Source: Eledone cirrhosa
Lineage: Eukaryota
Assembly (NCBI GenBank): GCA_964016885.1
Contig: OZ024741.1
Location: 145,638,001 to 145,702,000, forward strand
Length of the DNA: 64,000 nucleotides
Direction of reading: 5' to 3'
Position 1 is the first letter of the stretch. Each line of letters begins with the position of its first letter. The position numbers were made by a program, and so were the translations under genes. The notes under the pieces are model-generated. The model made no database searches. It was given only the letters and a program-made list of their open reading frames with translations, and was not told where the DNA came from. Positions 1-12,931 of this stretch are shown here, piece after piece.

Positions 1-910
1 CTCTTAGAAAATAGGAGTAGATGAATGGCTTGTGAAGGCCATTCATCAAGCCATGTATAGGGGAGCAGTCAGCAAAGTTAGGGTTAGAAATGACTATAGC
101 GAGGAATTTAGCATACAGGTCGGTGTCCACCACTCTCATGTTCATTATAGTTTTGCAGGCAATAGGCATTTCCCTCAAAATGAAAGGCAGACTGTATGAT
201 GCGTGCATACAAACAGCAATGTTACTGGTAGTGAGACCTGGGTACTGTCTGTAGAAGATTTGCGTAGATTAGAAAGAAACGAAGCTTGCATGCTCCGATG
301 GATGTGTATTAGTAATATTCGCGAAAGGCAAAGCATAAATTGAGAGAGAGACTGAGCATAAGAGGAATCAAATGCTGTGTGCAGGAGAGGAGGTTGCATT
401 GGTATGGACATGTGATGCATATGAAGGATGGCAGCTGCATAAAAAGATGCAGAGCACTAGAAGTCGATGGAAGCCATGGAGTGGGGAGACATAAGAAGAC
501 CTGGGATGAGGTGATAAAAGCTGACCTTACCCAATTGCACCTGTCAAGGGTGATGACACACGATGATGACCTCTGGCGTCACGCAGTAATTCAGAAGACC
601 TGACTTCCCACGGGTACAAGCCAAAGCTGAAGCATATAGACAAAGTGGCCATGGAGGTGCCACAGCAAAAAAGCACCCAGCCCACACTGTAAAGTGGTCG
701 TGTAGGCGCCACAGAAAAAAAGTTCCCAGCACTCACTGTAAATGAAGTCGGTGTTAGGAAGGGCATCCAGCTGTAGAAATCCAGCCAGAATTCCCATATG
801 AGCAAGACAAGATCAGCCGACTGGATACTGCCTACAACAGGACAAACCGTCTAACCCATGCTAGCATGGAAGAACAGACGTAAAACCGTTATGATGTTGA
901 TGATGATGAA
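1..910 (+). mobile_element. RTE-clade LINE 3' fragment (subfamily 1), internally deleted, with 3' UTR and (ATG)n tail
   Basis: Homologous to 7893-9445 (GVDEWLV..., LKMKGRLYDAC..., RRLHWYGHV, KTWDEVI). About 550 bp covering YADD and the PHD finger is missing near 165. Ends CCCATGCTAGCATGGAA...GACGTAAAA-(ATG)n. Confidence 0.88.
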
Positions 911-1162
911 GGAGAAACTAAGCAGGCGTTGTTTAGAAACGGCTAGCAAATTTAAAAATTAGGTGGTAACATGTGCTTATGTTGTATTTGACTAAATAGA
1001 ATTAGTCTGTGAGTTGAGATTTTAAAAAACCCTCTGAATGGAAAAAAGAATGAGTACTGACTTACATGGGACACAAACCCACATCTTTGGTTTACCGGAC
1101 CAATGTGTTACCATTACACCAACACTTCACCCATTCTTCCTTCTATTCAATTAGAGGGTATG

Positions 1163-2029
<867 letters not shown>

Positions 2030-2394
2030 TATTTAAACCATTCTATTTAGTCAAATACGGCATAAGCACATATTACTACCTAATTTTCAAATTTGCTAAC
2101 CATTTCTAAACAAAGCCTGCTTAGTGTCTCCCTATTGATATACATATATATATACCTGAGATGATTACATAGCTTCTAATTGAATGGAAGGAAGCATGGG
2201 TGGTGTGTTGGTGTAATGGAAACACATTGTTCCGGGAAACCAAAGATGTAGGTTCATGTACCATGTACGTCAATACTCATCCTTTTTTTCTATTCAGAGG
2301 TTTTTTAAAATCCCAACTAACAGACTAATTCTATTTAGTCAAACATGCTGTAAGCACATGTTACTACCTAATATATATATATATATATATATAT

Positions 2395-2788
2395 ACGGCT
2401 GGAGAGAAATGAAGCAAGTATTCTCCGTTGGATGTGCAATGCCAATGTGCGTGAACGACCAAGCATAGACGAGTTGAGAAAGAAACTGGGTATAAGAGGG
2501 ATAAGTTGTGGTGTGCAGGAGAGAAGGCTCTGAGATGGTATGGACCTGTGATGTGCATGGAGGATGACCACTGGGTAAAGAAGTGCCAAGAAATCCCAGT
2601 AGAAGGAAGACGCAGTAGAGGTAGACCATGAAATACATGGGCGCAGGTGGTGAGAGCAGACCTCAGATCGCTGAAACTCACCGAGGAGATGACGAAGGAC
2701 CGTGACAAGTGGAGTGATGCTGTGCTGACTAGGACCCGTTCAACCCTTGCAAGCAGGGAAAAGCAGACGTAAAATGATGATGATGATG

Positions 2789-2790
<2 letters not shown>
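2395..2790 (+). mobile_element. RTE LINE 3' fragment (subfamily 2)
   Basis: Encodes RLEREASILRWMC...RRLRWYG...GRP-like C-terminus. Ends CCCTTGCAAGCAGGGAAAAGCAGACGTAAAATGATGAT. Flanked by (TA)n. Confidence 0.85.
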
Positions 2791-2831
<41 letters not shown>

Positions 2832-2834
2832 CAT

Positions 2835-4082
2835 ATCACCATCAACATCATCATCATTACCATTTTATGTCCATTTTCCACACTAGCATGGGTTAAATGA
2901 ATTGTCCTGTTGTGGGCAATGCCAGGTCAGATTACCATCTCTTGCTCATACAGAACTGATTTTGGGTTGGTTTCTACAGCTTGATACCCTTTGATGTGCT
3001 TTTTGTTGTGATGCCTACATGACCACTTTATAGTGTGGATTGGGTACTTTTTGTTGTGGCACCAGAAACGACCACTTTACTATGATGACTTGGGTGGGGG
3101 AATTGCATGGGGATCAGAGGGGTAAATTTAGGGTGGGGCACTTATTTGGTGAGGGGTGGATCAAAAAAGGGGTTTCAGGACGTTGTTGGTGTATGGAAAA
3201 GGAGAGTAGGTCTTCTGTATTACTGCATAATGCCAGAAATCTTGATCCTGTGTAATTACCTTTGAGGGGTGTAATTATGTAAGTTCAGCCTTTATCATCT
3301 CATCACAAATGTTCCTAGGTTTTCATCAACTTTGATTGAGTGCCCTGCATCTTTTTATAAAACTGCCATCCAGCATATGTAACACATGTCCATACCAATG
3401 CAATCTCCTCTCCTGCACATTGCATCTGGTCCCTTTATGCCGCTTTCTCACTCAGTTCATTTATGATTTGTCATTCATTTATATTACTATTACACATCCA
3501 TCAAAATATGCCAGCTTCACTTTTTTTTCCAATCTTCACAGGTCCTCTGCACACAGTGCCCAGGTCTCATTACCATGTAACATTGATGTTTGTACACGCA
3601 TCATACAATCTGCTCTTCATTTTGAGGGAAAAACCTCTTATAGCTAGCAGTGGTTGTAACTCCTTGAACTTATTCCATCCCATTCTCACTCTGGCACACC
3701 CACCTCCACGGCTAATTTGGGCATCCAGGTAGTAGAAGCTGTTAACTGCTTCTACAGAACCTTCCAAGAATTTGATAGCACATTTTTCCTGTGAGTGTTT
3801 GTTATATACTGCTCCCACGCAATAGTCACATTTAAAACCTACATTCGTAGCTAACCTACCTGAGATCCCAGTACATCTCCTGTGTACCCATAGGTGGCAT
3901 TTGGGACAGAGGATAGAATTTCTACCCACTCCCATTTCACACATTCAGCAGGGCCATTTCTCCGAAGGGGTCAGGGCCTTATTATCGTTACTATTTACTA
4001 GAACTTTAGTTTTTGCCAAGTTGATTTTAAGACCTTTTGATTCCATGTTATGCTTCCAGGTCAAGAATATTTTCTCTACCGT
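2835..4082 (-). mobile_element. Decayed RTE LINE 3' portion with PHD-finger insert
   Basis: ORF 3570-3944 (GVGRNSILCPKCHLWVHRRC...CDYC...VEAVNSFYYL...LKMKSRLYDAC) is homologous to 7732-9066. RTE tail at 2835-2900. Confidence 0.88.
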
Positions 4083-4089
4083 CATATAT

Positions 4090-4525
4090 ATCATCATCAT
4101 CATCATCATCTTTTAACGTCCATCTTCCACACTAGCATGGGTTAGATGGTTTTGTTCCATTGAATGTGGGAATGGTTGGGAGACCATGCCACACTCGCAC
4201 GGAAGTGTCTCTAGCAGGTTTTTACAGATGGATGCCCTTCCTAACACCAACCACATTTACAGTGTGGAATGGGAGCCTTTTCACTGTGTCTCCTACATAG
4301 CCATCTTACAGTGTGGACTGGTGTGTCATCGACACAGTGGACGGAACGGGAGAGGGAGGATGGGTTGTGAGGTAGGGTGTACATTGGGTTAAGAGGTACC
4401 TACTGACTGTAGGTTTGTATGCAATGACAGTCGGGTCTTCTGTACAACTGCATGGCGCCAAAGGTCTCAATCCAGTGTCATTGTCTTAGAGGTTTGAGCA
4501 AGATCAGTTTTTATACCTCGTCCCA
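4090..4525 (-). mobile_element. RTE subfamily 1 3' end / 3' UTR
   Basis: (CAT)n tail, TTTAACGTCCATCTTCCACACTAGCATGGG, GGATGCCCTTCCTAACACC. Close to 36113-36665. Confidence 0.85.
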
Positions 4526-4861
4526 TATGTGTGTGCGTATGTATGTATATAAATATACTGGATTGTAGACTTCAGAATGTAATAAATGCATTTGATTGAT
4601 CTATTACCAGTGATTCATTGAAACATTATAAACAGCATTACTGCAGTTTTGTTGCAGCCATATTGATATGAAGATTGGCACAGTGATACAAAGAACACAA
4701 TACATGGGTTCATGTAAAATTTCAGATATTAATAATGAGATAAATCCTGCAATTACTAAATTATTAATCCTTTTATACTAAACCACCCAAAAACCCCCTT
4801 GGTTCCATGATGAAAACAAAAATGCTTGCTTAAATCTTTCTTTCTTTTGGGATCAATAAAA

Positions 4862-5054
4862 TAATTATTTCTGCTTTTGGCACAAGGCCAGCAATTATCC
4901 CAGTGCATTACTGGTACTTTATTATATAAACCTTGTAAGGATGAAAGGCAAAGTTAACCTCGACAGGATTTGAACTCAGACCGTAAAGGGACGTAACTCT
5001 ATACTGGAAAGCATGATGTCTGACAATCTACCGATACTGCCAATCCACCGCCCT
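4862..5054 (-). mobile_element. SINE family A (Deu/Nin-domain-like) with 14-bp target site duplication
   Basis: Core GTTCAAATCC...GCCTTTCATCCTT...AAAGTACCAGT. TSD ATCAATAAAATAAT at about 4852 and 5055. Confidence 0.9.
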
Positions 5055-6008
5055 ATCAATAAAATAATGTATCCATCTTTGGAGCTGGACTAACATAATT
5101 GTTAGAGCATCATGTTAGATACCTAGTGGTATTTGTTTTGGTCCTTTTCAATCTGTTTGCCAGGGGGTTCAAATTCCACCAATGGCCAGAGACATCATTA
5201 TAATTGTCACAATGAGGAGAGGAGGATTGTGGCAGTTTCCTTCTATAGTGAATTGATGATGACACTGGTGGATTAGCATAAGGCAGTGGATTATCAGATT
5301 CAATAAAGCATCAGAAAAAATACCAAGTGTCATTTGTTCTGGCTCTCTGGATTCTTTGTGGAAATTTTCTGGGATCCACTTTCATCGAGGGTTGATAAAA
5401 TATCATTAAAGTAATGGGGTCAATATGTTCAAATTTCCCTATTCCCAAATTGCATGCTTTGAATCTCTATCTAAGCCTCAGCATTTGTCCAATTGCACAC
5501 AATATTTCAACAGAACATTTAAAAAAGGAAAAGAATAGTTGTTTCTAATCAAAGAAGGAATTCCACTACATAGATATATACAGTTATTGATGTGTATAGA
5601 AATAAAAGACAGTCACAAACAACTGTCATTTTTTTTCTTTTTATACATTATTTGCAATCTTCATTTAATAGTTCTTAATAAAGTGAAATATAATGTTCCA
5701 TTGTTTGGATTTCAATATCGTAATAGGATGTATAGGAATTATATATATATATATAAAACATGGAATAGAACTGTCGAATTCATAGCCATTGTAACTATTT
5801 CTTAGTATTTCCTTTGATAACCCTTTGGTTATAATGTTTTCTTATATATTTAATGATTACATTTCAAAATATTATTCAGTTTATTGCTGGTAGTCAACAA
5901 AGGTATGAATCTGGCATATATATTTATCTATAACAAATTTATTTAACCATAACACATTGAGAAATGGGGACATAAATACGTTTCCGAAAACCATATAGAT
6001 TTAGATTT

Positions 6009-6047
<39 letters not shown>

Positions 6048-6329
6048 ATACAATATATATTGTTATATTTACATATAACAATAGATTTTACCTTTCTTTA
6101 GAATAGGAAAAGAGACAGCAGGAACATTAAAGAATATATAAAAATAAACCTTTCTATGCATCAAACATTAACTTCACATTAATAAGAGCAATGCCTAAAT
6201 AGATTATGATATGGATCCATTTAATGCAAAATTCTATAGGCCTTATAAACATGTAAGCAGTGCTATATGTAAAAAGAGAAACCTTTGTTATATATAAATT
6301 TATTTTTAGCAAAATCAATAGTAAAAATA

Positions 6330-6500
6330 TAGGCATGGGCATGCCAATGTACTTCAGAGGTTTGCTTTGCAACCATGTGGTTGAGAGTTTGGTCCCTCTA
6401 TGTGACACCTTCTTCAAGTGTCTTCTATTATATCTTTGGGGTGACCAATGCCTTGTGAGGGAAACTTCCGATGGAAACTTTGCAGATGGCTATCATATAC
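6330..6500 (+). mobile_element. Degenerate SINE family C
   Basis: TTTGCTTTGCAACCATGTGGTT...CAAGTGTCTTCTATTATA...GACCAATGCCTTGTGAG. Similar degenerate copies at about 44970, 53925, 55140 and 57680. Confidence 0.55.
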
Positions 6501-6679
6501 ATGGGTTTGGAAATCTGTTCGGTGAAATGCACATCCTCGAGGATGGCTTGCTAATTTGTTGTGGAACTAACTCTATACTAAACTCATCCTCTGGACTGCG
6601 TGCTCTACTTACTATGGATGTACCTTCCCCCTTTTTTTACGACAATATATATATATATATATATACATATATATATAAG

Positions 6680-6823
6680 ATGGTTGGCATTAGGAAGGGC
6701 ATCCAGCCGTAGAAAACCAGTCAGAAATAGTCCTATATAACCCAACTTGCCTCTAAATGGGACAAACCCGTTTAACCCATGCTAGCATGGAAGATGGATG
6801 TTAAATGATGATGATGATGATGA
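6680..6823 (+). mobile_element. Short RTE-derived terminal piece
   Basis: GGTTGGCATTAGGAAGGGCATCCAGCCGTAGAAA...CCCATGCTAGCATGGAAGATGGATGTTAAATGATGAT. Confidence 0.8.
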
Positions 6824-7263
6824 TATATATATAGTGTATGTGATTCAGTGAATTACTGGTGGTGGTACCAACATGAGCCCTTGATGCACAGGCAGAGTAT
6901 ATATAATATAAAAATGCTAAAATTTCATCTACATTTATTTATGTTTTATTGTATATCGATCTGTTATACATGTTTCACAGAGGATTAACTCAAGGTCACC
7001 CATGGAAGATATAGACCTGACTCCAGTCTCTATCTGCTCATCAGACTGGTGATTCAATAAAAAAAAATAAAGGGTGTTTGGTGATGAGTGAGATGTTGAG
7101 TATATATGAACATCGGCTCTATTTTTTTTGTATGTGGATCTGTGTGTATGTAAGTGTTTGAGTGCATAGGCATGTCTGCTTGTTTGTATACATGTGTGTA
7201 TGTTTATGCCTGTGTATTTAATTGTGGCTATTAAACATTGGCGCTATATATATATATATATAT

Positions 7264-7692
7264 AAACGGAAAAATGAAACAAAATTTCATTTCCCACTCT
7301 TAGTACGGCTGTTACTTAAATATAACTATGTATACGTACATACATATATGTATACAGACGTACAGTAGTATGTATATATATATACATACATGCATACATA
7401 TATATATGTACGTATGGATTCACCAAACATTTATTATAATGCTCGGTGTGTTTGTAAACAAACATCCCGCATTAAGCCGTACAGTGTCTAGTAACCATCG
7501 TTGCTCATTTGTTCAACACTGACAGAGGAACGCTGTACTAGTTTCAAGCTTATTAGCTATCGTCAGCAATGTATACCTTCCTGCCAGATGATTGAACGTC
7601 CGAAAGTATATACTTTCCTTATGCACATTAACGGCTGAGTAGCCCAATTTGCATATCGAGTGGGTTAATCAGCCAGGTGCACCGAAAACGAT
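7264..7692 (-). mobile_element. About 430-bp non-coding hammerhead-containing repeat (Penelope pLTR / retrozyme-like), family H1
   Basis: Homologous to 38095-38840, flanked by (TA)n, carries a hammerhead motif. Confidence 0.75.
7527..7581 (-). ncRNA. Type I hammerhead ribozyme (family H1)
   Basis: Minus strand: acattg CTGACGA t-agct-aata-agct-t GAAA ctag TA cagcgt. Palindromic helix III (ACTAGT), distal ggaa/ttcc pairing. Confidence 0.75.
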
Positions 7693-7704
7693 ATATATAT
7701 ATAA

Positions 7705-9445
7705 ATCAGAGAGAGAATTGATCTAGATGAAATGCAGTTCGGGTTTGTGTCAGGCAAAAGTACCACAGACGCTCTTTTCATTGTACGACAACTACAGGAG
7801 AAGTACCTAGCTAAAAGTAAACCCCTATACTTAGCTTTTGTCGACTTGGAGAAAGCCTTCGACAGAGTCTCCCGTTCCATTATCTGGTGGGCTCTTAGAA
7901 AACTAGGTGTTGACGAATGGCTTGTGAGAGCTATACAAGCCATGTATAAAGAAACAGTCAGCAAGGTTAGAATTAACAACGAATATAGTGAAGAGTTTAG
8001 CATAAAAGTTGGTGTCCATCAGGGCTCTGTTCTTAGCCCCCTACTATTTATTATTGCCCTTCAGGCTATAACAGAGGAGTTCAAGACCGGCTGCCCATGG
8101 GAACTCCTATATGCAGATGATCTAACGCTCATAGCTGAATCAATGGCCGAGCTAGAGAAGAAATTCCAAACATGGAAGCACGGCCTAGAATCAAAAGGCC
8201 TTAAAATTAACCTGGCTAAGACTAAAGTTCTAGTTTGTAGGAAAGAAAATAAGGCGCCGGTCCCTTCCGGGAAATGGCCATGCTCAGTGTGTAGGAAAGG
8301 CGTAGGTAGAAACTCCATTTTATGTCCCAAATGCAAAGTATGGGTGCATAAAAGATGTAGTGGGATCACAGGTAAGCTAACTAAGAACATAGATTTTACA
8401 TGTGGCTGGTGCTCTGGTGCAATAAGTAGCAGCAAGTTCCCACAAAATACTAGCTCTTTCAATTGCGCAGAGGGTTCTATAGAAATAGTGGACAGCTTCC
8501 GTTACCTGGGTGACAAAATCAGCAGTGGGGGAGGGTGCTCTGAAAGTACAGTAGCTAGAGTCAGAACTGGATGGAAAAAGTTCAGAGAGCTTATACCACT
8601 ATTAGCCGCTAAAGGGTTCTCCCTAAAAATGAAAGGCAGGTTGTATGATGCCTGCATACGAACAGCAATGTTGCATGGCAGTGAGACCTGGGCATTGTGT
8701 GCAGAGGATATACGCAGACTAGAGAGGAACGAAGCTTGCATGCACCGCTGGATGTGTAATAGTAATATACGTGAACGGCAAAGCATAAACAAACTAAGGA
8801 AAAAATTAGAAATAAGAGGGATCAGATGTTGTTTACTCAAGAGAAGGCTACGTTGGTATGGTCACGTGTTGCGCATGAAAGACGACAGCTGTATAACAAA
8901 GTGCAGGGCAATAAAGATAGATGGTAGCCATGGAGTAGGCAGACCCAGAAAAACCTGGGACGAGCTGATAAATTCCGACCTCACACACTTACACCTCTCC
9001 AAGACAATGTCACTGGACCGAGACCTTTGGCGGTACTCAGTAATAGAGAAGACCCGCCTTACCTAAATACAAAGTAAAACCTACTACAGTCAGTAGGCAT
9101 CTCTAACAAAATACACCCCCGTCCCACCACCCCCACCCCATCCACACCACCCCTTTCAATGTAAAGTTATGTTGGTGCCACAACATCCAGGCCGAAACAA
9201 ATGAGGTGTCACGACAAAAAAACACACCAGTCCACGCTGTAATGTGACCGTGTAGGCAACATGGTAAAAACCTCCCAGCCCCACACTGTAAATGTGGTTG
9301 GTGTTAGGAAGGCCATCCAGCCGTAGAAAACCCGCAGACAGTCCTATGTGAGCAAGACAACCACTCTTGCCTCAAGTGGGAAAACTCCCGTCCAAACCCA
9401 TGCAAGCGTGGAACATGGACGTTAAACAATGATGATGATGATGAT
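7705..9445 (+). mobile_element. RTE-clade LINE, 5'-truncated, young copy
   Basis: Open RT frame, 3' UTR, tail CCCATGCAAGCGTGGAACATGGACGTTAAACA(ATG)n. Inserted in (TA)n. Confidence 0.95.
7732..9066 (+). CDS. RTE reverse transcriptase (N-terminally truncated) with internal C4HC3 PHD-type finger
   Basis: QFGF, FVDLEKAFD, GVHQGSVLSPLLF, LLYADD, FRYLG and HGSETW motifs. CSVC...CPKC...H..C...CGWC lies between KTKVL and FRYLG. Confidence 0.93.
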   Translation: MQFGFVSGKSTTDALFIVRQLQEKYLAKSKPLYLAFVDLEKAFDRVSRSIIWWALRKLGVDEWLVRAIQAMYKETVSKVRINNEYSEEFSIKVGVHQGSVLSPLLFIIALQAITEEFKTGCPWELLYADDLTLIAESMAELEKKFQTWKHGLESKGLKINLAKTKVLVCRKENKAPVPSGKWPCSVCRKGVGRNSILCPKCKVWVHKRCSGITGKLTKNIDFTCGWCSGAISSSKFPQNTSSFNCAEGSIEIVDSFRYLGDKISSGGGCSESTVARVRTGWKKFRELIPLLAAKGFSLKMKGRLYDACIRTAMLHGSETWALCAEDIRRLERNEACMHRWMCNSNIRERQSINKLRKKLEIRGIRCCLLKRRLRWYGHVLRMKDDSCITKCRAIKIDGSHGVGRPRKTWDELINSDLTHLHLSKTMSLDRDLWRYSVIEKTRLT

Positions 9446-9720
9446 ATATATATATAGCGCCAATCTTTATATATATACCTAACAACTGACTGATCACCAC
9501 AAATACAGATTTTCTTTTCTCTTTATCAACCACAAGCCACTGATTGTTGTCCTTTGGTGTATTTTTTACACAACACTGTCATTGATGGCATATAGCTGTT
9601 TTAACAGCTATTCTTGCATTGAGTTTTCTCATTTTTCTGTGAATTCAAATATACTCATGATTCATCTTGATCTTTGAGACAGCATTGTTTACATATATAT
9701 ATGAAAAAATTCATGCCCCC

Positions 9721-9791
9721 GATGGCTGAGCTCCGGCTGTTTTGACAGCTAGATCTGATCTAGCTGTTGAAATGGCTGGAGCTCATCTATC
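9721..9791 (+). repeat. 35-bp-arm hairpin/palindrome
   Basis: GATGGCTGAGCTCCGGCTGTTTTGACAGCTAGATC-T-GATCTAGCTGTTGAAATGGCTGGAGCTCATCTATC. Confidence 0.9.
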
Positions 9792-10857
9792 ATGGTCCGG
9801 AATCTTTACATATTACCCATTCTACTACTCCAAGTATTGAGTACTCTGGTTTTTACCACCCTAACTGATATATATATATATATATATGGATGTAGTTGTT
9901 TTGAGGTGGATTGGTATCAATATGGCTAAACTTCAGGTGCAATTTACCTTTAATTATTTTTAGTGGGGAATAAGAAGCAGATGACTCATCATCAAAACAT
10001 AACATGTATGTAACTGAACTAACAAATTAATGATCCAAATATGAAAGTAGTACACTGCATTTTTAAACTTGTTGGCACAAAGTAAGATTTATGCAGAACA
10101 TATTGAATTTATCAGTAACTCAGTCAGCTTGTATAATAAAATGTTATGTCTGCAAAAGCAGCATATTTATGGAATTCCATATATTATGCAGCTAAAGTTT
10201 ACTCACATTAAACTTAAAAAAATAAATAAATAGAATTTTAAAAATAGGTGAAATGTGTCTGAATGTTTCTACTGAATTTTCCAAATACTGTGTTTCTTTT
10301 CCCTCTTATATACGTAAATATATTTTATCTGTTTCATGTTCTAAACATTTAGTACAGTTTCACATACTTTAGATCACTATCTAATTACCATGCAGATGAC
10401 TTCTATACTGAATTTCATTTTTACCTTTGACTATATATATATATATATTGCATATTATGATGTCACCAAACGTACATGGTGTTATAGTCGTCTGCAAACA
10501 TACTGAAGATTACATTATCCTGTTTATCTCTAAGATCACAATAGTTTTTGAGGAAGAGATGTATTATGCTCACATGTTTATACAGCATATGTAGTAAGTT
10601 TATGTGGTTTTGTAGGCTGGAGGTGACAAACTAATAATCATAAAAAGTAAATGAATGAATGACAGGCAGTAAATTGACAGAGTTCATAACTTTGAATAGA
10701 ATCTTTTGCATTATATGTTCCAGCTCTCTACACTCAGAGTTCAAATCCGGCTGAGGTCAAATTTGCCTTTCATCCTTTTGAAAAAATTGCCTGTGTTCAG
10801 GTCTAGAGAGAAACAGGATTTACCAGGTTTAAAAAGCCCCTAAGACTCCACCTACAG

Positions 10858-11150
10858 CAGGGGTGTGCCACCTATTCCATTGGCAGGCCACTTTTGAACA
10901 TTGGAACAACTATTAGGGCCATTAATATTTATTAAGCACTATTCCAAAGATTCACCACAACTACTTTTCATAACATAGAACTGGGAAATTATAACACACA
11001 TCAGTGAAGCCCTTTAGAAAATTGTATTACAGTTACAAAAAAATTCTAAATAAGTCTACAAAGTAAAAATTAAAATCGGTCATTGTGGGCCACCCAGACT
11101 GGTCTGGAGGGCTGGATTGTGGCCCACAGGCCACATGTTGTATGCCCCTG
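10858..11150. mobile_element. hAT (Charlie-like) MITE
   Basis: Imperfect TIRs CAGGGGTGTGCCAC / GTTGTATGCCCCTG. 8-bp TSD ACCTACAG / ACCTAGAG (7/8 match). Confidence 0.8.
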
Positions 11151-11279
11151 ACCTAGAGTTATGGGTCCAAAGATGAAGAATGAAATGAATAACGAACAAA
11201 TGAATGAATAAGTGATGGTGTGAAGAATCTTGTTGCTGGATGTCTTTTCACAAAACTATGTAATTTTTAACAAGATTCA

Positions 11280-11724
11280 TTAACCTTTTTCATGCCAACC
11301 AACCTGAAACTACCCCTGATCCTATGAGATCTATGATACAAAACTGTTTATTTTTGTTCCATCAAAATTTAATATAATAACCTTTGGTAAACTATGTTCC
11401 TAACACTGACTTAATAATAAGGAATTCAATTAATTTACTACTGAATGGCTTCAAATTCTTGAATATTTTCAAAATGCTTTTAAAAGATCACAGGCAGTAT
11501 TATTTGTTAGAAAAGAACAAAAGGGATACAATGTTTATTACATTTATCTACAAATCTTTCAGCATAATTTTATGTAAAAACCTTTAAGTTACATTCCAAA
11601 CCCCAACTTAATGATAAGAAAATGAGTTATATTACTGAATCTTTCCAAATTCATGAATATTTACAAATGATTTGAAAATCACAAGCAGTGTCTTTGACAA
11701 GAAATATGATATCAAAAAGGTTAG
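11280..11724. mobile_element. AT-rich non-autonomous DNA transposon with TTAA-CC termini (piggyBac/Kolobok-like)
   Basis: Termini TTAACCTTTTT / AAAAAGGTTAG. Related decayed copies at about 45930-46185, 47315-47550, 55648-56010, 58620-58870 and 59000-59222. Confidence 0.5.
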
Positions 11725-12700
11725 ATATAATATCCTGATGATGGTGACCAAAGAAGTATTCTGAACATACAGGATATTAGCAATGTTAAAACAATACAAT
11801 CATAGTATTGGACCAGTCAATGTCATTAAAAATCTAAAAGCAAATATTCTCTAATTAGGGTGTTCTCGTGAAATTTACACATTTTGATTTGCATTTACTT
11901 CATCCATAATCTATTACTTCCTGAAGAATTTGTTTTGAATAATGTTTTCCCAATTTTTTTTTTTCTGAATAATATTTGAATGAATATTTCTTTATCACTC
12001 TTTTCCATTACTCTTTCTTCCTACCAAATTTTGTGAGACAGAAAATATCAGGAAATGAGGACTCTCTTTTGTTCTTTTGTCTTGCTAGGAGCAAGACAAC
12101 CTCTCAGATGCCCATGATTGAATGGAGGCAATGTAAAGAAAACCCGTTGTGCTGAGAGTAATTCAACTCCTCCAATGCTGGTGCCATGATGCAGTGTACC
12201 TAATGCACTTTTTAAAATAGGAAGAGACATTTAGCCAGAGAAACCATACTAAATATGGGGAAATGTAGTCTACTACCAATCTAGGTAACCAGTAACTCTG
12301 AATAAGAACAGATGTAGACTGTAAGAACATGTTCACCCAATGAAAGCATAGAGAAACAGATATAAAATGAAGATGATGATGATTCGAATGAGCCTGTAGT
12401 TTCTTTTCGTTTTCACTTTTTTGTGAACCAAAGGATTATTTTTGCATAATAAAATCCCTAGAACAGCTTTCTTAAAACATCTGTGATACAATCCAACTCC
12501 CCAGCCATTTATGGACACACAAATCCAAATTAATTAAGTAGTTAATATTATGGTCTTCATTGACTACCAAGAACAAACAACCGTTATGCTTGATAGATAA
12601 CTAGGACTTTTATTTATAATTAGTATTTCTTAAAGTTAATAGATTGGTATGGATCTTTTGTTGATAACTTGTTCCCCCATTTGCTTTAATATTCTTCTTC

Positions 12701-12732
<32 letters not shown>

Positions 12733-12931
12733 GGTCTAATCGGATGTATTTTGCTCGCTCCCAGTAAGTCCCTTTATTTGCCTGTTAAAATTATTTGTTG
12801 TTAAATATTTCTTATTGTGTAAGGGATATAAGCCCTTAGACTTTGTCCTGTGAAGGGGAAAGTATAATATTTGGTCCAAATATTTGAACTTTTTTTTTAC
12901 ATGTTAAAAACTTTACGGAGAAAAAAAAAAC

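Noticed and set aside
7665-8840. Antisense ORFs over LINE ORFs (also 21749-24793 and 59320-59968)
   Set aside because: Shadow frames of retroelement coding sequence.
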